From: Verrucomicrobiota bacterium | Lineage (GTDB): Bacteria > Verrucomicrobiota > Verrucomicrobiia > Limisphaerales > JADLHS01 | Assembly: GCA_029573725.1 (NCBI GenBank) | Contig: JAKQDQ010000093.1 | Coordinates: 140,963 to 204,962 of the forward strand | Length of the DNA stretch: 64,000 bases | Direction of reading: 5' to 3' | Part shown: piece after piece, positions 57,583 to 64,000 of the stretch | Position numbering within the stretch: position 1 is the stretch's first letter | Layout: each line of letters begins with the position of its first letter | Made by a program: the position numbers and the translations under genes | Notes under the pieces: generated by a model | The model's input: the letters and a program-made list of their open reading frames with translations, nothing else | Databases searched by the model: none | Told to the model about the DNA's origin: nothing

Positions 57583-58305
57583 TCAGTCGGCTTGCGTGGG
57601 AGAGGAATTCTTCAAGGAATCAAAAAGCCACTTCTGCCGTTTTGCGGCCGGCTCCGGAAGCTGGTGTGGGTTCCAACGTCTCGGGCTGGGCATTACCGCC
57701 AAAAGTTGTGAAATCTGCGCAACGGTCAAATCGGCCGCATGGCAGTTGTAGTGGTACCTGGCCGCCGCCTCCAATCCATAGACGCCATTGCCAAACTCTA
57801 TGACATTGACGTACAGCTCCATGATTCGCCGTTTGGGAAGGACCAGTTCCATCCACATTGAATAGTAAGCTTCCAATCCCTTCCTCAACCATGACCGTCC
57901 CTGCCACAAAAACAGCGACCGCGCGCATTGTTGGGTTATGGTGGAAGCTCCACGCGGGGGTGTTCCCTTTTTCCTGGATTCTTTCACCGAATTCTTGATG
58001 CCGCCCCAATCGAACCCGTGATGCTCGTAGAATTGTGTGTCCTCGGCCATGAGCACACCGCTCAGGAACAAAGCCGGGGTATTTTTTAACTCCAACCACA
58101 CCAATTCCTGGCGTTCTACACGCTCCCCGGCGGATGTTTTACGAAAGCGATCGAGAAACCTTGGCACCGTGCTTGGCGGATCGAAGAAGCGCACATAGCA
58201 AACCTGTGCGGGAGGCAGATATAATGGAACTCCGAGCAGCACAAGTATGACACCCGCTCGCTTGTGACATACAAGCCAGCTCTTAATTTTTGCCAACGGC
58301 CGCAT
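57583..58305 (-). CDS. mtgA: Monofunctional peptidoglycan glycosyltransferase (GT51)
   Basis: GT51 motifs: MAEDTQFYEHHGFDW, GASTITQQCAR, RKGLEAYYSMWME, ELYVNVIEFGNGVYG. The ATG at 58305 is preferred; the track start at 58335 is a TTG. Confidence 0.85.
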   Translation of the reverse strand: MRPLAKIKSWLVCHKRAGVILVLLGVPLYLPPAQVCYVRFFDPPSTVPRFLDRFRKTSAGERVERQELVWLELKNTPALFLSGVLMAEDTQFYEHHGFDWGGIKNSVKESRKKGTPPRGASTITQQCARSLFLWQGRSWLRKGLEAYYSMWMELVLPKRRIMELYVNVIEFGNGVYGLEAAARYHYNCHAADLTVAQISQLLAVMPSPRRWNPHQLPEPAAKRQKWLFDSLKNSSPTQAD

Positions 58306-58331
58306 TCGAGAGCGAACACCGGTTGTCACAG

Positions 58332-59141
58332 TCAATAGATAGAATTGAAGAAATCAGTTGTGCCAGAAGTGACAAACTCCCATGGAATCCATTTCCTTGT
58401 CTGCGGTTCGAGATAACTCCGGAGATACACGGGTGACGAGGTTTGGTTCGCCTGCCGAATTATGGCCTGGAACAGGGCCACCACGACGTGTCCATTCTGC
58501 TTCAATAGCTCCTCCGGCGTCGGGCGCGGCGCATAGTAGGAAAAATGCGTCAAGATACTTGCATTGGGTTGATGAGCTGCGCTCGCGCTCAGCGGAGCAG
58601 GCCAGTAGGTAAGAGTATCAACTGTCAGGATTGCCTCCTGGAGCGCGATGTCTGCCCATTGTCCTCCGACGCGTTTGCGCTCGGGAATCTCCACGTGCTC
58701 CCAGAATTGCTCAATAAGATCCTCGTTGGCAGCCGGTGGAGTCAATCCCAGCCTGGCCAATCTGGCCCTATCAAAGTCAACAACACTCTTAACAAACTGG
58801 CCCTCGGGCGAGCCGAATCGGAATTTACGGTAGTAATCGAATTCATCACTCTGGTGATAAAAAAGAAAATCAAACAGGAGCAAGTTCAAGGCGCTGGCTT
58901 CAGCCGCCCCCATTTGATAAGTGCCTTCCTTTCTGACCTTCGACAAGCTGGAACGAAAGTCAGCCGAGTCTTGAATTGCAGTAAAATTTGCCTTTGCCCA
59001 CTTGTTGGTGTACGAAGGGCTTGAAAGCACAACGGATGATGACTGACGGTGGGGTGAAAGCACGTTGACCAGGAAAAAAACTCCAATGCAAATCACGATC
59101 GGCCCTGCGAGCAGGAGCACAAGTTTGTTGATCTTCTTCAT
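58332..59141 (-). CDS. Membrane-anchored or secreted hypothetical protein (269 aa)
   Basis: ATG start, N-terminal anchor MKKINKLVLLLAGPIVICIGVFFLV, balanced composition in a low-GC stretch. It lies immediately upstream of mtgA. I recognise no family. Confidence 0.6.
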   Translation of the reverse strand: MKKINKLVLLLAGPIVICIGVFFLVNVLSPHRQSSSVVLSSPSYTNKWAKANFTAIQDSADFRSSLSKVRKEGTYQMGAAEASALNLLLFDFLFYHQSDEFDYYRKFRFGSPEGQFVKSVVDFDRARLARLGLTPPAANEDLIEQFWEHVEIPERKRVGGQWADIALQEAILTVDTLTYWPAPLSASAAHQPNASILTHFSYYAPRPTPEELLKQNGHVVVALFQAIIRQANQTSSPVYLRSYLEPQTRKWIPWEFVTSGTTDFFNSIY

Positions 59142-59428
59142 ACAATCTTCAGATTTGAATCAGCCACCTCTGACAGACCTGGAGGCTTTAGCGTGCAAAT
59201 TTCACAAAGTTCCTTGAACCTACGTCCGGGCGATTTTCGGAGCGAAAGACGCCCGCGCCGTTCCGTTCTTGGGGAATGGGATTGGGTGCCCGCCCACAAA
59301 CCCGACTCCCCTGGCTGCCAAACTTTGGGAGTTCCCCGGCACGACTGGGGGATTTCCTCTGGATCAATTATTAGGAGCGAAACAGCAGCGCGGAGTTGCT
59401 GCTTCGCCCCATTCCTTTCAACTAGCTG

Positions 59429-59626
59429 CTAACTGCATGACGTGCAGACTGGATATCCGGCCTCTGAACAGGTGCATGAACAAGTGTGGCCGCCATTACA
59501 ATACCTTTGATCTGACCCCTTGGCGCAAGTGGCAGCGCACGAGGGCGGATCATTGGTGCCGGAAAATGCGAAATATCCGGAGACGCAAAACAACGCGGTC
59601 AGGCCCATGATTAGCAGTTTTTCCAT
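59429..59626 (-). CDS. Small secreted cysteine-rich peptide (65-aa precursor; about 42-aa mature part with 8 Cys)
   Basis: An AGGA SD lies 5 nt upstream of the ATG. Sec-type signal MEKLLIMGLTALFCVSGYFAFS. The mature part is GTNDPPSCAATCAKGSDQRYCNGGHTCSCTCSEAGYPVCTSCS. I translated it by hand to confirm. Confidence 0.5.
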   Translation of the reverse strand: MEKLLIMGLTALFCVSGYFAFSGTNDPPSCAATCAKGSDQRYCNGGHTCSCTCSEAGYPVCTSCS

Positions 59627-60122
59627 TGTGTTCCTATTGGTTGTTTGTTCGATTTGCTTTTACGCCAAACTCTGATCACGGCACGTCCACGAGCGACGTC
59701 GCCCCGAGCGTGAGCTCAGTGAGTTTGACAATGCTGTTATTACCCCCCCCCGATGAGGCTTGTCCATAGACATTGTAAAATGATCTTTTATGGACACAAC
59801 GGACGCACCCATCCCCAAAATCCAAAGAGTTTGCATTTCTGCAATGATCAGGCAGGAAGCGAAAAGCAGCCAGTTCCCGAGCCGGTCAACACACCACAGT
59901 GGCAACCGGTGCGCCGGGATGGACAGAAAGTTTCGCATGGAATTTCCCGGCGCAAGGAGCCGGGGTGCATTGCGCCACGGCGGGACAACCGGTGGCCGGT
60001 GATGGCACAACAAATTGTCGCCCGGCCGGAGAAGGCCCGCCGCGCCGGGTCAGACCAGTACGTTTCGCGTCCCGCCCCGTCCCGCTTCCCGGCGACGAGG
60101 GCTGCGGGGCTACGCCTTACCG

Positions 60123-61268
60123 TCAACGTTCCCCTTTCGCCGGATTCCGCTGCGAGAGAATCTTTCGGGAAGGCGCAAAGTTCGCGATGAATTGATCGCG
60201 GAACGCGGCAAAAGTGCCGGCGGCCAGCGCAGCGCGGATGTCCGCCATCAACTGCACGTAGAGGTGGGTGTTGTGCAGGCTGACCATGCGCAGGCCGAGA
60301 ATTTCATTCACGTTCAGCAAGTGCCGCAGATAAGCGCGGGTGAAATGACGGCAGGCGAAGCAGGCGCATCCCGCCTCGATCGGGCGGAAATCGGCCTTAT
60401 ACGCGCCGCCCTTCAGCCCAAATTGTCCGTTCCTGGTGAACGCCGTGCCGTTGCGGGCAACGCGCGTGGGCAGCACACAATCAAACATGTCCACGCCGCG
60501 CGCCACCAGTTCCACCAGTTGCGCGGGCGTGCCCAGTCCCATGGCGTAACGCGCCTTGTCTGTGGGCAGATGCAACTCGGCCAGCTCCACGGCCTTCATC
60601 ATTTCCGCCTCGGGTTCACCCACGCTCACGCCGCCGATGGCGTAACCGTCGAAGTCCAGCGCAACGATGGCCTTTGCACATTGCTCGCGCAGTTCCGGAT
60701 TGCTGCCCCCCTGGCAGATGCCGAACACCAGTTGCCCGGGAGCGCGCGGCTGTTCCCGACACTCCTGCGCCCAGCGGATGGTGCGCTCGACGGCCTGTCG
60801 TTGCTCGCGCGCCGGTGCGTCGTGTGCGGGGCATTCGTCAAAGACCATCGCGACATCCGAGCCGAGGATGCGCTGGATCTCCATGGATTCCTTCGGTCCC
60901 AGAAAGAGCGGGGCGCCGTCCAGATGCGAACGAAACTCGACGCCATGCGCCCGGACCTTGCGAATTTTGGCGAGGCTGAACACCTGAAATCCGCCGCTGT
61001 CCGTGAGGATGGGTTTTGGCCAGTTGATGAAACGGTGCAGGCCGCCCGCCGCGCGGATGATATCCATGCCGGGACGGATGTTGAGGTGGTAGGTGTTGCC
61101 GAGGATGATCTGCGTGCCCATCTCGTTGAGTTCGCGCGGATCAAGCGCCTTCACGCTGCCCTGCGTGCCCACGGACATAAACACCGGCGTCTCCACCACC
61201 CCATGCGCGGTGGTCAAGCGCCCCAGCCGCGCTTTTGAACGGGGATCCGTTTTCAGCAATTCAAACAT
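60123..61268 (-). CDS. tgt: Queuine tRNA-ribosyltransferase
   Basis: From the ATG at 61268: MFELLKTD...ARLGRL.T.HG...TP.FM, LTDSGGFQVFSL, and the zinc site CACFACRHFTRAYLRHL. Confidence 0.95.
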   Translation of the reverse strand: MFELLKTDPRSKARLGRLTTAHGVVETPVFMSVGTQGSVKALDPRELNEMGTQIILGNTYHLNIRPGMDIIRAAGGLHRFINWPKPILTDSGGFQVFSLAKIRKVRAHGVEFRSHLDGAPLFLGPKESMEIQRILGSDVAMVFDECPAHDAPAREQRQAVERTIRWAQECREQPRAPGQLVFGICQGGSNPELREQCAKAIVALDFDGYAIGGVSVGEPEAEMMKAVELAELHLPTDKARYAMGLGTPAQLVELVARGVDMFDCVLPTRVARNGTAFTRNGQFGLKGGAYKADFRPIEAGCACFACRHFTRAYLRHLLNVNEILGLRMVSLHNTHLYVQLMADIRAALAAGTFAAFRDQFIANFAPSRKILSQRNPAKGER

Positions 61269-61336
61269 GCGCGCAGGGTTGTAGCGGAAGCCCGGCAAAA
61301 TGAAAATCTCTTACCGCTCCCCGCCACCGCCACAGC

Positions 61337-62293
61337 TCAGGTTTCGAGCCAACAACGCATCCAATGCTGCGGCGCCACCTCGCGCCACGGCGGAGCGGAG
61401 TGTGCGCATTGCGCCTGTGCGTGCGGACAACGCGGCGCAAAACGGCAGCCGGGGGGAAAGTGCCCGGGGCGGGGCACAACCCCGGGGATTGCGCGCAGCC
61501 GGCGCGTCGGAGCATCCAGCCGCGGCACGCTGGCCAGCAACGCCTGCGTGTAGGGATGGCGCGGACGTTGCAATAATTCCCGCGTGGGTGCGCTTTCCAC
61601 GATCTGCCCCGCATACATCACCGCCACGCGATCCGCCATGCCGCCGACGATGCCGAGATTGTGCGTGATCAGCAAAATCGCCATGCCCAGCTGCTGCTGC
61701 AGCGAGCGCAGCAGCTCCAAAATCTGCGCCTGAATCGTCACGTCCAGCGCCGTGGTGGGCTCGTCGGCGACCAGCAGTTGCGGTTCACTGGCCAGCGCCA
61801 TGGCGATCATCACCCGCTGCTGCATGCCGCCGGACAATTCGAAGGGATAGCTGCGCAGGCGCAGTTCCGGCGCCCGCATGCCCACCCGGGTCAACCAGCG
61901 GAGAACCTCCGCATCCGTGGCGCGTTCCGGCCGATGGAGCCGCAACATTTCCTTGATCTGCCGGCCCACGCGGACGACCGGATTCAGGGACGCGCCGGGT
62001 TCTTGAAAAATGTAACTCACCACCCCGCCGCGGATGGCGCGTAATTCGGCCGCGGACATTTTCAGCACGTCGCGTCCGTTGAGCAGAATTTCGCCCCCCG
62101 CGTAGCGCGCCGGCGGCGTCGGCAGGAGGCGCGCCACGGAAAGCGCCGTCACACTTTTGCCGCAACCGCTTTCGCCAACGAGACAAACCGTTTCGCCCGG
62201 CGCAACCCGCAGCGACACGCCATCCACCGCGCGCGCGGCGCCGGCCAGCGTGTCAAATTCCAACTGCAGATTGTTGATCTCAAGCAACGGCAT
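61337..62293 (-). CDS. Peptide/nickel-type ABC transporter ATP-binding protein (DppD/OppD-like)
   Basis: From the ATG at 62293: LLEINNLQLEF, Walker A GESGCGKS, signature LSGGMQQR, Walker B LLVADEPTTALD, and the C-terminal oligopeptide-ABC motif HPYTQALL. The track's 88 upstream codons were trimmed. Confidence 0.88.
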   Translation of the reverse strand: MPLLEINNLQLEFDTLAGAARAVDGVSLRVAPGETVCLVGESGCGKSVTALSVARLLPTPPARYAGGEILLNGRDVLKMSAAELRAIRGGVVSYIFQEPGASLNPVVRVGRQIKEMLRLHRPERATDAEVLRWLTRVGMRAPELRLRSYPFELSGGMQQRVMIAMALASEPQLLVADEPTTALDVTIQAQILELLRSLQQQLGMAILLITHNLGIVGGMADRVAVMYAGQIVESAPTRELLQRPRHPYTQALLASVPRLDAPTRRLRAIPGVVPRPGHFPPGCRFAPRCPHAQAQCAHSAPPWREVAPQHWMRCWLET

Positions 62294-62426
62294 CCGTGCC
62301 CGCGCAGTGTCCGCGCGCGGGGCCCGGCTGTCACGCCCGGAATTTTCCAGGCCCGCACCGGGGCGGCCGCGCCACGCGCGATAACTTGACTTGAAGCCAC
62401 CGCAGGGCGCCGCTAGTGTGCGCCGC

Positions 62427-64000
62427 ATGTTTGTCAAGCAACTGAGCTGGCTGGCCCTCGCGGGGCTGATGGCTTCCTGCGCCACCCGCGAGCCCGGCCG
62501 TGACAAAGACATTTCATCCACCGTGAAGACCCTGGCCGAACTGCAACAAGCCGCCACCTCCTTTCACAACCTCCTGCGCCTGCCCGAATTTGAAACCACC
62601 CCCGCCGCCATCGCGCAGACCGTGGCGCGCACCCGGGCGGAGGCGGACGCCGCGCTGGACCGCATCGGACAACTGCCGCCGGCCGCCGTCAACTTCGACA
62701 ACACGGTGCGCGCCCTCGAGGCGAACGCGGCGTTCATCAACGAGCATCTCAACCGGCTGTACCTGATCAAGGAAACGAGCCCCCTGGCAACCGTGCGCGC
62801 GGCGGCCACCGACGCGGTGAAGCAATTGCAGGAATGGGCCGTGGGACTGGATTATCGCGAAGACGTTTACCGCGCGGTGAAGGCCTATGCCGACACGCAG
62901 CCCCCGCTGACGGGCGAGGCGGCGAAGCTGCTGGCGGAAACCATGCGCGATTACCGCCGTGCCGGACTGCCGCTGCCCAGGGCGCGGCGCGATGAAGTCG
63001 AGCGGTTGCGCAAGGAGCTGACCGCCGTCAGCACGGATTTCGACAGCCACGTCACCGCGGCGCAAAACGCCCTGACGTTCACCCGGGCCGAACTGGCCGG
63101 CGCGCCGGAAAGTCTGCTGACCGCGGCCGGCGTCAAGACCGGTCCGGACGAGTACCGCATCCAGGTGAACGTAACCTGGCAGGCGCTCGCCGTGCTGGAA
63201 CACGTGCGGAGCGAGGCGGTGCGGCAACAGGTGGCCACCGCACAGGCGCGGCTGGCGCGCGCGGAGAACGCGCCGCTCGTTGGAAAAATTCTCGCGTTGC
63301 GCCACGAAATCGCCACCCAACTCGGCTACGCCAACTGGGCGGATTACCAGCTCGAGGTCAAAATGGCGAAGGACGCCCGGACGGCCATCGCGTTTGAAGA
63401 ACGGTTGCGCGACGGTTTGCAACCCAAGTTGGCGAACGAACTTGCCCAGTTGCGGCAGCTCAAGATCGCGGAAACCGGCGATGCCAGCGCGCGAATCCAG
63501 CTCTGGGACTGGCGATATTACGCCGAACAGTTGCGCAAGACGAAATACAACGTGGACAGCGAGCAGTTGCGCAATTTCTTTCCGCTGCAGCGCACCCTGG
63601 ACGGGATGTTCCGCATTTACCAGCGGATTTTCGGGCTGCAGTTCGCCCGCGTGACCGCGCCGTACCAATGGGTGGATGATTTGCAACTCTGGGCGGTCAG
63701 CGACGCGTCGTCCGGCGAACCGCTGGGGTTCTTTTATCTCGACCTGTTTCCCCGCGAGGGCAAGTACCATCACTTCGCCGTGTTCCCGTTGATCAGCGGA
63801 CACCGCACCGCCAATGGCGACCACCAGCGTCCGGTCGTGGCGATGGTGTGCAATTTCACCCCGCCGGCCGAGGGCAAACCCTCACTGTTGGATCACGGTT
63901 CGGTGGAAACGCTGTTCCACGAGTTCGGCCACGTGATGCACGAATTGCTGACGCGTGCCACGTTTGCGCGCTTTGCGGGCGCCAATGTGCCGCGCGACTT
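62427..64000 (+). CDS. M3-family oligopeptidase (thimet oligopeptidase/Dcp-like) lipoprotein; the 3' end lies outside the window
   Basis: Absent from the ORF track because there is no stop in the window. The ATG at 62427 gives MFVKQLSWLALAGLMASCAT (lipobox). The frame is open to 64000 and contains the zinc motif FHEFGHVMHE at 63915-63944, in frame with the ATG. Confidence 0.88.
   Translation, partial: MFVKQLSWLALAGLMASCATREPGRDKDISSTVKTLAELQQAATSFHNLLRLPEFETTPAAIAQTVARTRAEADAALDRIGQLPPAAVNFDNTVRALEANAAFINEHLNRLYLIKETSPLATVRAAATDAVKQLQEWAVGLDYREDVYRAVKAYADTQPPLTGEAAKLLAETMRDYRRAGLPLPRARRDEVERLRKELTAVSTDFDSHVTAAQNALTFTRAELAGAPESLLTAAGVKTGPDEYRIQVNVTWQALAVLEHVRSEAVRQQVATAQARLARAENAPLVGKILALRHEIATQLGYANWADYQLEVKMAKDARTAIAFEERLRDGLQPKLANELAQLRQLKIAETGDASARIQLWDWRYYAEQLRKTKYNVDSEQLRNFFPLQRTLDGMFRIYQRIFGLQFARVTAPYQWVDDLQLWAVSDASSGEPLGFFYLDLFPREGKYHHFAVFPLISGHRTANGDHQRPVVAMVCNFTPPAEGKPSLLDHGSVETLFHEFGHVMHELLTRATFARFAGANVPRD

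Noticed and set aside
59429-59626. Reading the Cys/Ser/Thr-rich peptide as a lanthipeptide or other RiPP precursor
   Set aside because: It has a Sec-type signal rather than a leader peptide. No LanB/C/M/KC, radical-SAM, YcaO or dedicated peptidase/ABC exporter gene lies in the window. I kept it only as a Cys-rich secreted peptide.
62514-63824. 436-aa minus-strand ORF, the only long ORF the track offers for this region
   Set aside because: The plus strand carries an open frame from the ATG at 62427 to the window end, with a lipoprotein signal and the HEFGH zinc motif of M3 peptidases. The listed ORF is its antisense shadow.
1-64000. Search for CRISPR arrays, IS elements or transposases, integrases, prophage genes, rRNA and known defence systems
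   Set aside because: I found none on reading both strands. The only RNA gene I can support is tRNA-Asn. Repeats are limited to short hairpins and the paralogous ECF modules.

Overview
This is a high-GC bacterial chromosomal segment: hand counts on 60-100 nt samples give about 62% GC, against 47-56% in one islet. I support about 70 genes. The protein repertoire suggests the PVC superphylum, probably Verrucomicrobiota, but that is inference only. The repertoire includes a LamG giant-protein tail, a DUF1573-cytochrome c fusion, GspG-like domains on large membrane proteins, several ECF sigma factors, LpxI and a TAT-signal Gfo/Idh/MocA oxidoreductase.

Layout:
- 1-13.6 kb: housekeeping and envelope genes (mgtE, leuA, recG, a TolC-like protein, ispF).
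- 13.7-26.7 kb: a contiguous minus-strand ribosomal protein/secY/rpoA cluster running rplB to rplQ. rpmJ is present but missing from the ORF track.
- 27-51 kb: mixed metabolism, stress and signalling genes. These include a ceramidase-like protein, a LEA_2 lipoprotein, htpG, an ECF42-type sigma with its YciI/DGPF partner, hisG, a histidine kinase / response regulator / hybrid kinase operon, lpxI, gnd, an HPr-like protein and tRNA-Asn.
- 51.8-57.1 kb: two tandem three-gene modules, each made of an ECF sigma, a small membrane protein and a large membrane protein with a pseudopilin-like C-terminal domain.
- 57.6-60.0 kb: a lower-GC islet with mtgA, a 269-aa membrane-anchored unknown and a 65-aa cysteine-rich secreted peptide.
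- 60.1-64 kb: tgt, an orphan DppD/OppD-like ATPase, and an M3 oligopeptidase that runs off the window and is also absent from the ORF track.

I saw no rRNA, CRISPR array, transposase, integrase or phage genes.

The candidates most worth follow-up are the tandem ECF modules, the Cys-rich peptide islet, a putative Leu leader-peptide attenuator in front of leuA, and a His15-less HPr. All functional calls rest on motif recognition by eye; no database search was run.
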